A DNA stretch of 64,000 bases from Balneolaceae bacterium (GTDB lineage: Bacteria; Bacteroidota; Rhodothermia; Balneolales; Balneolaceae). Under the pieces are notes generated by a model, which was not told the DNA's origin, did not search any database, and saw only the letters and a list, made by a program, of their open reading frames with translations. Location: contig JBBDJK010000152.1 of NCBI GenBank assembly GCA_040879905.1, positions 4,617 through 68,616 on the forward strand, given 5' to 3'. Shown piece by piece: positions 20,920 to 31,112 of this stretch (position 1 is its first letter; every line of letters begins with the position of its first letter). The translations under genes and the position numbers were made by a program.

Positions 20920-21495
20920 ATGACTTTGCAAGATATTAAGATGAATATTTTAGGACTTTCAACAAGTCCGAGCAGCGGTGGAGCTTACGCTCTGATATTA
21001 TCAGAAACTGAGGGTAACAGAAGATTACCTATTATCATAGGTACGTTTGAAGCACAAGCTATTGCTTTGGAGCTGGAGAGTATCAAACCTCCCAGACCGA
21101 TGACTCACGACCTTTTAAAAAATTTAATCCTCAGTTATAATTCAAAGGTTGATAAGGTGGTTATTAATGATCTAAATGAGGGTACATTCTTTGCGCAGAT
21201 TCACTATTTGAATGAAACTGAAAATATTGAATTAGATGCAAGACCAAGTGATGCCATTGCTTTGGCTATTCGATTTAATGCACCCATTTACGCAAATGAG
21301 AAAGTGTTGAATGAAGCCGGTATTTCTACCGATGATATAAAAAGTAAACCTGATCAAAAAGGGAAAAGGGGGGATGTCAATGATGATATGACTCAATTGG
21401 AGGAGTTAGAGGTCGCTCTAAAAACGGCTATTGAGACCGAAAACTATGAGAAAGCAGCTAAAATTCGTGACAAGATTTCAAAACTAAAAGGATAG
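20920..21495 (+). CDS. Bifunctional nuclease family (DUF151) protein with C-terminal UVR motif
   Basis: LPIIIG.FEAQAI, RPMTHDL, DARPSDAIALA, ENYEKAAKIRD. Confidence 0.92.
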   Translation: MTLQDIKMNILGLSTSPSSGGAYALILSETEGNRRLPIIIGTFEAQAIALELESIKPPRPMTHDLLKNLILSYNSKVDKVVINDLNEGTFFAQIHYLNETENIELDARPSDAIALAIRFNAPIYANEKVLNEAGISTDDIKSKPDQKGKRGDVNDDMTQLEELEVALKTAIETENYEKAAKIRDKISKLKG

Positions 21496-21496
21496 A

Positions 21497-23116
21497 GTGA
21501 AAATACAATCCGTATCATTTCAAGAGTTGCCATTTTCAAAATTATTCAAAGATTACTTGTCAGGTAGTGAAAACCTGACATCTTTTTTTGAGTTCGATCC
21601 CTTTTCTGAACCTGATTATCAAAAACGTGCAGACACAATTCATTTTACAACAAATAGAGATCATGTTGCAGATGCACTATTGAAATTTAACCATCGATTT
21701 GATGCTCAGGATCAGACAATTGAATCCATTGAAAAATTACGTAATGGCAAAACTGTTACAGTAGTAACAGGTCAACAATTGATTTTGTTTGGGGGGCCAC
21801 TCTTCACGATCTACAAAATTATCACGGCTATTGTCTATGCAAAAAGACTCGAAAAAAGTCTTAAGAGGCCGGTTATTCCGGTATTTTGGATGGCTGATGA
21901 AGATCATGACTATCGGGAGGCAGCTACTTTAAATGTGCCTCAATCAGATGATATCAACCCGCTATTTTATGAATCTGAGGAACCCGGTTATAAGAGAGTA
22001 TCAGAAATAGGTTTGGGTACAAATTTTAATGAATTCAAGAATCAGTTAAAAAAAATGCTGCCGGAAACTGATTTCAGTGATAACCTTTGGAATTTGATGA
22101 ATAGTTGTTATTCGGATTCAGAAACATTTGGATCCGCATTTGGGAAACTCATTTTGAAACTTTTTGGCAAACACGGATTAATTCTGGCGGGAAGTAATGA
22201 TCATGATATTAAAAAACTGATCCAAAAACCTCTAACCCGCTCGATTAAAAAAGCTGCTGAAATAGAAAAAATACTGATTGACACCTCCAAAAAATTACTG
22301 ACAAGTGGTTACCACAACCAAGTGACAGTACAGAATTCAAATCTTTTCTGGATTGATGATAAAGATGCCAGAAAAAAGATAAGTTTTGCTGATGGAGAGT
22401 GGATCGTGGAAGGTTCCAAAAGAAAATGGTCTTCCGACAGTTTAGTAGAAGAAATTCTGGAACAACCAAATCGCTTTTCACCAAACGTGTTTTTAAGGCC
22501 GGTATTACAAAATTTTCTGATACCGGTAGTTGCTTATGTTGCAGGCCCCGGAGAAGTAGCTTATTATGCACAGATGAGAGCATTTTATGAACATTTTAGA
22601 TTAAAAATGCCAATTATCCTGCCTAGATTCAGTGCTACACTCATTGAGGGAGGCATCGATAGAATTATTGGAAAACTGCCATTCAAAATTTCAGATTATT
22701 CAGAAAGGATTGAGGATCTGGAATCGATGTATTTGAAAAGAGCAGACACTCCCGACATTGAACCTCTTTTTCAAAAATGGAAAGATTCGGTCCGTGAAGT
22801 ATCAGAGTCGGGAATCAATCGGGTAGCAGGAATCGATCCTACTCTTAAAAAGAGTGCTGATAAAACAGTTACGCAATTTTTTACAGAATTGGACAAATTA
22901 AAAGGCAAAGTTTATCGATCTATTAAAGAGGATGAGAAGGTGCAGTTAAAACGTATTCAGAGAATACAGGAGAATCTGTTCCCCGGGATGAACTTGCAGG
23001 AAAGAGAAGTTGCCTTTTTCTATTTTATGAATAAATATGATGTGGATCTTTGGGATCGTCTGCTGAGTCAATTTGAGAGTGAAGATCCATCAACACACAA
23101 ATTGATCTATGTTTGA
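21497..23116 (+). CDS. bshC: Bacillithiol biosynthesis cysteine-adding enzyme
   Basis: VVTGQQ..LFGGP, FWMADEDHD, FSPNVFLRP, YVAGPGEVAY, LQER. Confidence 0.93.
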   Translation: MKIQSVSFQELPFSKLFKDYLSGSENLTSFFEFDPFSEPDYQKRADTIHFTTNRDHVADALLKFNHRFDAQDQTIESIEKLRNGKTVTVVTGQQLILFGGPLFTIYKIITAIVYAKRLEKSLKRPVIPVFWMADEDHDYREAATLNVPQSDDINPLFYESEEPGYKRVSEIGLGTNFNEFKNQLKKMLPETDFSDNLWNLMNSCYSDSETFGSAFGKLILKLFGKHGLILAGSNDHDIKKLIQKPLTRSIKKAAEIEKILIDTSKKLLTSGYHNQVTVQNSNLFWIDDKDARKKISFADGEWIVEGSKRKWSSDSLVEEILEQPNRFSPNVFLRPVLQNFLIPVVAYVAGPGEVAYYAQMRAFYEHFRLKMPIILPRFSATLIEGGIDRIIGKLPFKISDYSERIEDLESMYLKRADTPDIEPLFQKWKDSVREVSESGINRVAGIDPTLKKSADKTVTQFFTELDKLKGKVYRSIKEDEKVQLKRIQRIQENLFPGMNLQEREVAFFYFMNKYDVDLWDRLLSQFESEDPSTHKLIYV

Positions 23117-23685
23117 TGGACAATCGGGATCAAATTAAAAAAGGATTAAGAAAATTCTATCTTTCAAAAAGAAAAGAACTCACTGAGATACAGGTTCAAT
23201 CCAAAAGCCATGATATCATAAAAAGGGTTCTCCAATCAAAGGAGTATGAAGATGCAGAATCCATTCACTGTTATCTCGCGATGCCACAGAACCGGGAGGT
23301 AGATACAACAGAATTAATACTGGATGCTCTCAACTCAGGAAAATCGGTCGTGGTTCCAAAGATGAATAGGAACTATTCATTGGATCACATTCGCATTGAT
23401 TCCCTGAAACACTTAAGAACGAATAAATGGGGGGTATCTGAACCGGTGAAGGGTGAAATTGCAGACCTTTCCGAATTAGATCTCATTCTTATACCAATGG
23501 TTGCAGGAGACAGATACAGAAACAGACTGGGATACGGTTTGGGATATTATGATCGTTTTTTAAATGAAGTAACAGCCGTTAAAGCAGGGTTATTATTCAG
23601 ATTTCAACTCCACGAGGACAAATTAACAGTTGAACCTCATGATGTTCCTTTGGATATTCTATTTACGGAATCCGAAAAGATCTGA
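23113..23685 (+). CDS. 5-formyltetrahydrofolate cyclo-ligase
   Basis: EVDT, WGVSEP, RLGYGLGYYDRFL, HDVPLD. Confidence 0.92.
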   Translation: MMDNRDQIKKGLRKFYLSKRKELTEIQVQSKSHDIIKRVLQSKEYEDAESIHCYLAMPQNREVDTTELILDALNSGKSVVVPKMNRNYSLDHIRIDSLKHLRTNKWGVSEPVKGEIADLSELDLILIPMVAGDRYRNRLGYGLGYYDRFLNEVTAVKAGLLFRFQLHEDKLTVEPHDVPLDILFTESEKI

Positions 23686-23693
23686 AATTATTT

Positions 23694-23719
23694 CGAAACT
23701 GATAACAAAAATAAGCGTA
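23694..23719 (+). promoter_or_regulatory. Putative ECF (SigW-type) promoter cGAAAC-N16-CGTA
   Basis: GAAAC 23695-23699, 16-nt spacer, CGTA 23716-23719, 34 nt upstream of the PspC-domain gene. Confidence 0.55.
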
Positions 23720-23753
23720 GGATTGAGATGAGATAAATATTGATTCAGAAATT

Positions 23754-24407
23754 ATGGATGTCATGGAAAAAACACTCAATATCACAGAACAAGACCTTCA
23801 CTCTTCACTGAACGATTTTTTGGAGGAGAAGGAAAAAAAACCGGTTGAAAGTATTTGGAATTTTACAACGATTACAGGCTTACTGCTGGTTTTTGTTTCT
23901 TCAGCCTATGTAGGGCACGCAATCGGAACTGAATTCGGATTTTTTGGTTCAGTTCCGATGATCAACACAATGATGAATATAGCTCCCTATTTTGGAGGTG
24001 CTATGTTAGCTGTAATTATGCTATCTGCTTTTAAGAGAAAGAGTAAAGAAACAGTCATAGAGGCGGAAGAGAAGGAGAGAGTACGGGAGACATATGACAA
24101 ACTTGATGAATTTCTATATGTTGGTGAAAAACAGTCTAAAAGTAAAAGCAGAAAGAAAGGAGAATCATTCAAGAACTTTTCAATAGGTTCTACTCACAAG
24201 TTAAGCCGGTCGAGAACGGATAAGAAGCTTGCGGGGGTCTGTGGCGGACTGGCAAAACATCTTGGCATGAGTTCTACGGTACTTCGATTAATATTTGTTG
24301 CTGCACTTTTCTTAAGCTTTAATACCTTTATACTGGTGTACATTGCATTGTCATTTGTGATTCCAAAAGAACCGATTTCTGACATGGACGATTTTAATAA
24401 CTTTTGA
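23754..24407 (+). CDS. PspC domain-containing membrane protein
   Basis: C-terminal KLSRSRTDKKLAGVCGGLAKHLG...Y.....P; two N-terminal TM segments. Confidence 0.88.
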   Translation: MDVMEKTLNITEQDLHSSLNDFLEEKEKKPVESIWNFTTITGLLLVFVSSAYVGHAIGTEFGFFGSVPMINTMMNIAPYFGGAMLAVIMLSAFKRKSKETVIEAEEKERVRETYDKLDEFLYVGEKQSKSKSRKKGESFKNFSIGSTHKLSRSRTDKKLAGVCGGLAKHLGMSSTVLRLIFVAALFLSFNTFILVYIALSFVIPKEPISDMDDFNNF

Positions 24408-24420
24408 GGATGAACTAATT

Positions 24421-25020
24421 GTGCTGATTTCTTTTGAAGGTATAGACGGATGCGGAAAATCAACTCAAATTGATCTGCTAAAGCAATATTTTGATCTAAA
24501 AGGGGATCAATATTCAGTATTCAGAGAACCGGGTGGAACTGAAATATCTGAAATAATCAGATCCATCCTTCTTCATGAAACCGATGAAATGGATCCTGTT
24601 ACTGAATTATTGCTCTTTTCGGCTGCCAGATCTCAATTAATTGCAGAGAAAGTGGAACCACTGTTAAAACAAAATCATATAGTCATTTTGGATCGTTTTT
24701 ATGATTCAACTACAGCATATCAAGGTTTTGGGAGAGGTTTGGGTAATCAGGAACAATTGAGCATACTGAACCGACTCGCTTCACACCAAACGGTTCCGGA
24801 TCTTACATTTTATTTAAAAATTGAACCTGAAGAAGCCGCTGTCAGAACCGGCGACATTGATAAGGACCGAATGGAAAATTCAGGTTTATCATTCTACCGA
24901 AAGGTTGTAGAGGGTTATAATATGATTGCAGATTCTGAATCCAGATTTCATACACTTGATGCAACCCAAAAGCCTGAAATTATCCATAGTGAGATTGTCT
25001 CAATCATTAAAACTTTGTGA
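24421..25020 (+). CDS. tmk: Thymidylate kinase
   Basis: FEGIDGCGKSTQ, REPGG, LDRFYDSTTAYQG. Confidence 0.96.
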   Translation: MLISFEGIDGCGKSTQIDLLKQYFDLKGDQYSVFREPGGTEISEIIRSILLHETDEMDPVTELLLFSAARSQLIAEKVEPLLKQNHIVILDRFYDSTTAYQGFGRGLGNQEQLSILNRLASHQTVPDLTFYLKIEPEEAAVRTGDIDKDRMENSGLSFYRKVVEGYNMIADSESRFHTLDATQKPEIIHSEIVSIIKTL

Positions 25021-27298
25021 GTCCCTGCAAATCAGGTTTCAGCCAATAAAAAAGTGACGGCAGGATCAAAAGATCAGCTAACAATGCAGCAAAGATGGTT
25101 GTACAGACCAGAAAACCCATCAACGCTGTTGATGTAAATGCGCTGGTCATAAGAGTCCCAAAACCTGCAATCAGAATCAGACTTGTGATGACAATAGCCC
25201 GTCCGGTTCGGATTGTTGTGAATGATATAGCCGGATTCATCGACCTCTTTCTAAGATATTCTATCCTGAATCTGGCCAGGAAATGAATACTGTCGTCCAC
25301 AGCAATACCAAGCGCAATCGTAAAAATTACAGCCGTTGATGGTTTAATATCAACACTCATGTAACCCATTAAACCTGCTACAATAATAAGTGGGATAACG
25401 TTGGGAATGAGTGCGATCAGTAACAGCCGTATATTTTTAAAAAGAAATGCCATGATGACAGTAATTGCAGAAACCGCCAACAAAATGCTCCAAGCTAATG
25501 AATAAACAATCTTTTCTGTAAGATCTGCACTTAGAATGGTTGTTCCAGTAGTAATCACATTTTTTTCAGGAAAGAGATTATTAATCACCGGTTGCAGTTC
25601 ATCTCTGATTTGATTGATTCTATTAGATCCTGCATCGTCTGTAAAAGAGGTGATCCGCAGTTTTGAATAGTCAAAATCCACTAATCGAAAGAGTTCATCT
25701 GAGCCATTTAATTCCAGAAGCAGTACATATTGAGCGATTGCCGAATCATTTTCCGGAATCGGATTGAATAGATCATCTTCACTATCAGACATTGAACGAT
25801 GAACCTCGGTTATTAATGTGTGCAGACCGGTTACCCTTTGAATTTCCGGATAAGAGAGAAGAAATTCTTCAAACCGGACTAGCTTTTTCATCAGTTCAAT
25901 GGAAAATACGCCATCCTGTTCGCCTGTATCGATAATAAATTCTAAAGGAAACTGTGAAGAGATATATTCTGAGAAGAATCGACTGTCTTGCATTAAAACT
26001 GTATCCTCTCCAATATCATCAAATATTTTTCCATTCACATTCAATTTCGTCAATCCAAAAGAGAACAACAGGGTCAAAATGCTACCACTGACGAGTATTT
26101 TAACATAATGTCTTCTATTTATTACCGAGAGTTTATGAAGCGTTCGGTTGATTGCCGGATAGAAGGAACCTGATTTTTCATTAACGACTCTATTCTTCCC
26201 TGACAACCGTAGTACAGCTGGCAGGAACAAGATGGTTATTATGTAAGCTAACAAGACACCCATTGCTGTATAGATACCGAACATTTTCATGGGTACGACG
26301 GTACTGCTTATGAGTGATGCAAAGCCAATAGCTGTTGTAATACTGGTTAGAAATGTAGCACTACCCAGGGTTACTATCATTTCAATGATAGAAAAATGTT
26401 TATTCTTGCCTAATTCTCTGGCATCATCATATTTTGAGATCATATGTACGGCATCAGCAACACCCACACATAGTAATATTGGGGCAATTGTACTACTCAT
26501 TATTTCAAGATAACCTCCACTCAAATGGATCATTGCAACAGTTAATAGGAGGGTAGTCCAAACAATAATCATTGGGAATAATACTCCCCAAATGGTTCTA
26601 TACAGATAATATAACAGTAGAACAATGAGTAGAGAGGAGATAAGTATATAGTTGATTATCTCACTGTTCAGCATATTTACATACTGATTCCGGAAATAAG
26701 GGATTCCTGAAATATGGAATTGATATTTTGGCCGGTATTCATCCAGTATCTCATTTATTGAATCGATTATCTGATTACGTACAGGATAGTTGTTATTGGA
26801 CTCATCGATTCGCAGCGCAATAGCGGTTGCATCGCCCGATTGATTTAATAGGAACCCTCCTAAAATTGGATCCGACCTCATTTGATCTTTTAAGAAGGAT
26901 AAATCTGCATCACCAAGCTCGGAAAACGATAAATATGGATTAAAATATAGGGTGTTATTGTTAGAATCTATCTTATCGGCACTCCAGAGTGATAATACAT
27001 CATCCAGATTCTCCACCATCATAAGCTGTTCAGTAATGTGGTAGAGGTCGGTCAAAACGTCAATTGTAAAAAGAGAATCCTCTTGAAAACCGATCAAAAT
27101 TGTATTATCGTCCCTGCCAAATTCATCTTCCAAAACATGGTAGTCCAAAAGTACATCATCATTCTGCGGATAAAATCCCTCCAGATTAAAATCTGTCCTA
27201 ATATTACTAGCAGGATAGATAGCTAATAAAGCGATGATGATAAGTCCAAAAATCACATATCGGGGATATGTGATTATAAAACGCCCAAGTTTTTTCAA
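25007..27298 (-). CDS. MMPL/RND-family transporter
   Basis: Two repeats, each with about 6 TM; GVADAVH and GIAVDDSIH motifs. Confidence 0.9.
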   Translation of the reverse strand: MKKLGRFIITYPRYVIFGLIIIALLAIYPASNIRTDFNLEGFYPQNDDVLLDYHVLEDEFGRDDNTILIGFQEDSLFTIDVLTDLYHITEQLMMVENLDDVLSLWSADKIDSNNNTLYFNPYLSFSELGDADLSFLKDQMRSDPILGGFLLNQSGDATAIALRIDESNNNYPVRNQIIDSINEILDEYRPKYQFHISGIPYFRNQYVNMLNSEIINYILISSLLIVLLLYYLYRTIWGVLFPMIIVWTTLLLTVAMIHLSGGYLEIMSSTIAPILLCVGVADAVHMISKYDDARELGKNKHFSIIEMIVTLGSATFLTSITTAIGFASLISSTVVPMKMFGIYTAMGVLLAYIITILFLPAVLRLSGKNRVVNEKSGSFYPAINRTLHKLSVINRRHYVKILVSGSILTLLFSFGLTKLNVNGKIFDDIGEDTVLMQDSRFFSEYISSQFPLEFIIDTGEQDGVFSIELMKKLVRFEEFLLSYPEIQRVTGLHTLITEVHRSMSDSEDDLFNPIPENDSAIAQYVLLLELNGSDELFRLVDFDYSKLRITSFTDDAGSNRINQIRDELQPVINNLFPEKNVITTGTTILSADLTEKIVYSLAWSILLAVSAITVIMAFLFKNIRLLLIALIPNVIPLIIVAGLMGYMSVDIKPSTAVIFTIALGIAVDDSIHFLARFRIEYLRKRSMNPAISFTTIRTGRAIVITSLILIAGFGTLMTSAFTSTALMGFLVCTTIFAALLADLLILPSLFYWLKPDLQGLTKF

Positions 27299-27375
27299 TA
27301 AGACACTCCATTACAAAGATTCTAATGACTAAAGATGATCTGAAAACCAATCTAATAACGGCACAATTCCATTTT

Positions 27376-28761
27376 TTAAAAGTAGATTGAGATTTTTGAA
27401 AAAATAAAACTATTCTGCCTAAACTGATGAAAGGAGAGGTGACCGTAGAAAAAATCAGGGCTTTCCCCGCCAAATAAATTTGTTCCCACTGTGAATTCAA
27501 GATTATCGATCAAATCATAGGATCCTTCTAACTGTAGCCAATAATCATTTCCGGACACGTTGTACCGATTTAGTGAGATGATCTGTAAGCGATCTCTAAA
27601 AAAAGATCTTGATGCGAGGAGTGTGATATATGAATAGAAACGATCCGAAATGATCTGTTCACGATCACTTACAATCCATTCAATGTGAGCCTGAGAACTG
27701 ATGTTAAAACCGAACAGTTCGGTACTGAATCCAATTAATCCGTGTAACCAAGGTGAAGCAATAATGTAATTATCATCTCTGTTTTCAAACTCTTGAAAGA
27801 GTTGTAAAGCCAACAGATTATCAGTTAAGGCATCATCCAACAGTGCTTTAGGATATGGCAGATTGGTAAATAACCTGTCTGATATAAACAAAAACTCAGA
27901 AAGTATTCCCGTTCTATCATTGATTTGATAATATCCTCCGGATCCTGCCATAAATGATGAGGAGTAGGTCGGTGTAAGATTCAGATCGGATGGACCTGTA
28001 AAATTCTTATTCTCAATTTCATAACCAAATGCAGGAGTCGGATATCGCCAGTGCATCAAAAAAAATTCCAAATCAAAGCGGTTTAGCGAGCGTAAACGAA
28101 AATTGACGGCGATATTTAGATCTTCAAACGGTTTATCCCAATCCTCATTATCTACGTTGAGATTAAAAACTTCAGCCAATGAAGATTGCGCCGGAAACCA
28201 TCTTGAATCAGGTTTTGGGATCACATTTAGCTGTTGTGTTGGATGAAGAACGAGTTGTAGAGAATTTGCGCCAAAATATCTTATCACATTAAGTGCCAAT
28301 ATCCCTCTACGTGATTCAACTGGATCGGTTAAAGTAAATTCTCTCAGATCAAAAGGGGATAGGATATCTGAAACAAATGAACCATCCGCTCGGCCCCATA
28401 TGATTCGCTGATATCCAAATCTGATATCAGTATTAGATAAATACAGATCTGAAAAAAGTTGTCTTAATCGAAAATTAAGACGTTGATTTTCCCGGTAAAG
28501 ATGACGGAGTTCAATTTCAGATTGAATAATTCCAAATCGATAGGAGTAATTAAGTTCAATATTTAAACGATTCCTGCCGGCAATAAGGTTGTTGTCGGAT
28601 ACGGTTTGAAGTGCATTATAATTTTGAGCGAATCCTTTTAAACTGAGCTGAGCTGACAGTGGTTTCGCTAAGGTTAAAACGAAGATGATTATATAAATAG
28701 GAAACGATAATACGTATTTCAAAACAGGTGAGTTCAGTACATTTAAAATCTTTATTCTCAA
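27376..28761 (-). CDS. Outer-membrane beta-barrel protein (DUF1302-like)
   Basis: Signal peptide; G.Q...WG.AD...D...P.D motif; C-terminal aromatic residues (IYF). Confidence 0.6.
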   Translation of the reverse strand: MRIKILNVLNSPVLKYVLSFPIYIIIFVLTLAKPLSAQLSLKGFAQNYNALQTVSDNNLIAGRNRLNIELNYSYRFGIIQSEIELRHLYRENQRLNFRLRQLFSDLYLSNTDIRFGYQRIIWGRADGSFVSDILSPFDLREFTLTDPVESRRGILALNVIRYFGANSLQLVLHPTQQLNVIPKPDSRWFPAQSSLAEVFNLNVDNEDWDKPFEDLNIAVNFRLRSLNRFDLEFFLMHWRYPTPAFGYEIENKNFTGPSDLNLTPTYSSSFMAGSGGYYQINDRTGILSEFLFISDRLFTNLPYPKALLDDALTDNLLALQLFQEFENRDDNYIIASPWLHGLIGFSTELFGFNISSQAHIEWIVSDREQIISDRFYSYITLLASRSFFRDRLQIISLNRYNVSGNDYWLQLEGSYDLIDNLEFTVGTNLFGGESPDFFYGHLSFHQFRQNSFIFSKISIYF

Positions 28762-28878
28762 AATGATTGATGCTTAATCAAAATATGCGTAAATTTAATG
28801 CATTGTGGATCTATATTATCTGCAGTTAATATCATTTCAACTCCGAATTAAAACTTTTCATACCCGAAGTTATTACTT

Positions 28879-29355
28879 ATGGCGCACGAAAGAATAGAAG
28901 TAGACTTACCTTTAGCCAAAGTTTACGAGTTATTATGTAATCCAGTTCATTTTCCGAAGTTTCTTCACAGAATCGAGAAAGTAGAAAAAGTTAATTCTCA
29001 GACTTTCAACTACAAAACCACGATTGGAAGCGAAGAGTTTCTTTGGACAACAAATATTATCGATAATTTAAGAAATACTCGATTTGCCTGGATCACAATT
29101 AATGGTAACCTAAACCAAACAGGCACAATTCGTTTTACACCACTCAACAACGGCAGCAGGACACGTGTTGATATCTCACTTGACTATCGAACATTTTTTG
29201 GTGAAGCGGATGAGGATCTTGCAAATTTTATTGAGGGATTGCCTGAACAATTGGGTAAAGATCTCAAGAAATTCAAAGAGCTTGCAGAATCTGATACTTT
29301 CAAAGATGAAGAATCGGAAGAAACGGTAAAAACCGGCAGCGAAGTAACTGCGTAG
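28879..29355 (+). CDS. SRPBCC/START-like (polyketide cyclase family) protein
   Basis: IEVDLP...VY, FPKF, AW, GTIRF.P, DLKKFK. Confidence 0.8.
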   Translation: MAHERIEVDLPLAKVYELLCNPVHFPKFLHRIEKVEKVNSQTFNYKTTIGSEEFLWTTNIIDNLRNTRFAWITINGNLNQTGTIRFTPLNNGSRTRVDISLDYRTFFGEADEDLANFIEGLPEQLGKDLKKFKELAESDTFKDEESEETVKTGSEVTA

Positions 29356-29377
29356 TAGATTTATTCAGATCAAATTG

Positions 29378-29411
29378 ATGCGTCCAGGATTACCAGGACG
29401 CATTTTTTTTT
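29378..29411 (+). terminator. Rho-independent terminator
   Basis: ATGCGTCC-aggattacca-GGACGCAT then a T run. Confidence 0.85.
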
Positions 29412-29441
29412 GTCTTCAATTTATGACTGAACACAATTCGA

Positions 29442-30317
29442 ATGGCAATAACGTTTAGGGATTTTATTCAATCAAATGAGAGTGCCAAACCTCATTATTT
29501 TGTGATTGGTCACCCTATCAGCCATTCACTCTCACCTGTGATGCACCAGTGTGCATTGGATCACTACCAAATACCGGCAATTTATCGAGCCGTTGATCTG
29601 CCATCTGATCAGATTGATCAATTTGTTTCCTGGTGTAATTCAGATTCTTTTTTAGGGTGCAATATCACTATACCATACAAAGAGGCCCTGATGTATGCTG
29701 CAGACGAACTGGATGCAGACGCCAAAGAGTTAGGCGTAATGAATACGCTGTCGAAGGAAGGATCTATTTTAAAAGGATATAACACTGATCTATACGGATT
29801 TTTGAAACCTCTTGAGCCTTTTATTGATCAACTTAAAGGAGAGAGTGCAATCATATTTGGTACAGGGGGGAGTAGTCGTGCTGTTAGGGCAGGGCTTATT
29901 CGATGTGGCATTAATGAGATTACATTTGTATCAAGAAATCCTCAGTTATCAACTGAAACAGAGTTGGATCCTGAAATTTTTATCCGAACAGTTGACTATT
30001 CGCAGTGGCAGGTATTTGCAGAAGATGCAACCATTATTGTTAATACAACTCCATTGGGAATGTATCCGAATGTTGACCAGACCCCGGTCCGTGAGAATGA
30101 TGCATTCCTTTTGACCGGTAAAATATGCTATGATTTGGTCTATAATCCTATTGAAACGCATTTTATGAAACTAACCGCCAAAGAAGGTGGGATAGCGATC
30201 AATGGTTTAGATATGCTGATTTGGCAGGGTAGTCGTTCATTTGAAATATGGAATGGGGTAGCTTTTCCGATAGATCAGGTGAAAATAAAATTAAAGACAT
30301 TTTTTAATACCCTATGA
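29442..30317 (+). CDS. aroE: Shikimate dehydrogenase
   Basis: GHPISHSLSP, NITIPYK, GYNTD, NTTPLGM, DLVYNP, GLDML. Confidence 0.94.
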   Translation: MAITFRDFIQSNESAKPHYFVIGHPISHSLSPVMHQCALDHYQIPAIYRAVDLPSDQIDQFVSWCNSDSFLGCNITIPYKEALMYAADELDADAKELGVMNTLSKEGSILKGYNTDLYGFLKPLEPFIDQLKGESAIIFGTGGSSRAVRAGLIRCGINEITFVSRNPQLSTETELDPEIFIRTVDYSQWQVFAEDATIIVNTTPLGMYPNVDQTPVRENDAFLLTGKICYDLVYNPIETHFMKLTAKEGGIAINGLDMLIWQGSRSFEIWNGVAFPIDQVKIKLKTFFNTL

Positions 30318-31078
30318 TAAAAGTGATTCAACCACATATTTTTAGTGATATTGATCGGGTTGATTGCTTTTTTACGGAAGCAAATCGAGAGATGAATGAA
30401 CCTGTAGGGGGGTATGGTAACATCAAAGGATTAAATTTGGGACTTAATAGTGAAGAAAATGAATCCATTGTTCAGAAAAATTATGATCTGTTGTTTGACG
30501 AAACAGGTTGGAATCAGAATCAATTGATTATCGCCCGTCAGGTACACAGTAATAATATAAAATCCGTTCAAGAACCGGGTATCGTTGAGGGTGTTGATGG
30601 ATTGGTAACAGATAGAGAAGATCTCTTATTAGGGATACAGGTAGCAGATTGTGCAGCCATTTTAATTGCAGATCCAAACCCGGTCCATCCTGTTATTGGT
30701 GCATTTCACGCCGGGTGGAGAGGGGCTGTTGCGGGAATAGTCGGTGAAGGATTAAACGAGATGATTAACCTCGGTGGTAATCCGGCTCAATGCAAAGCGT
30801 TTATCTCACCCTGTATTTCGGTCGATAATTTTGAGGTGGGTGAGGAAATAGCATCAAAATTTCCTTCAGAATATTGTGATTATAACCATTTTGATAAGCC
30901 CCATCTGAATTTGAAAGCTTTTTTAAGGGATCAACTCCTTGAGTGTGGTGTAAAAGAACCGCATATTGAAACTTCACCATTTTGTACAATAGATGATGAT
31001 CGTTTTTATTCATACAGGAGAGAACGGGATCAGTCGGGAAGAATGTTGGGTGTGATAAGAATCAGTCCCAAAAAATAG
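30314..31078 (+). CDS. pgeF: PgeF/YfiH family protein
   Basis: QVHS, DGLVT, ADCA, HAGWRG, FYSYRR. Confidence 0.92.
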   Translation: MIKVIQPHIFSDIDRVDCFFTEANREMNEPVGGYGNIKGLNLGLNSEENESIVQKNYDLLFDETGWNQNQLIIARQVHSNNIKSVQEPGIVEGVDGLVTDREDLLLGIQVADCAAILIADPNPVHPVIGAFHAGWRGAVAGIVGEGLNEMINLGGNPAQCKAFISPCISVDNFEVGEEIASKFPSEYCDYNHFDKPHLNLKAFLRDQLLECGVKEPHIETSPFCTIDDDRFYSYRRERDQSGRMLGVIRISPKK

Positions 31079-31112
31079 AAGAATAGTTTATCATCAGATT
31101 AAAAACTCTGTT

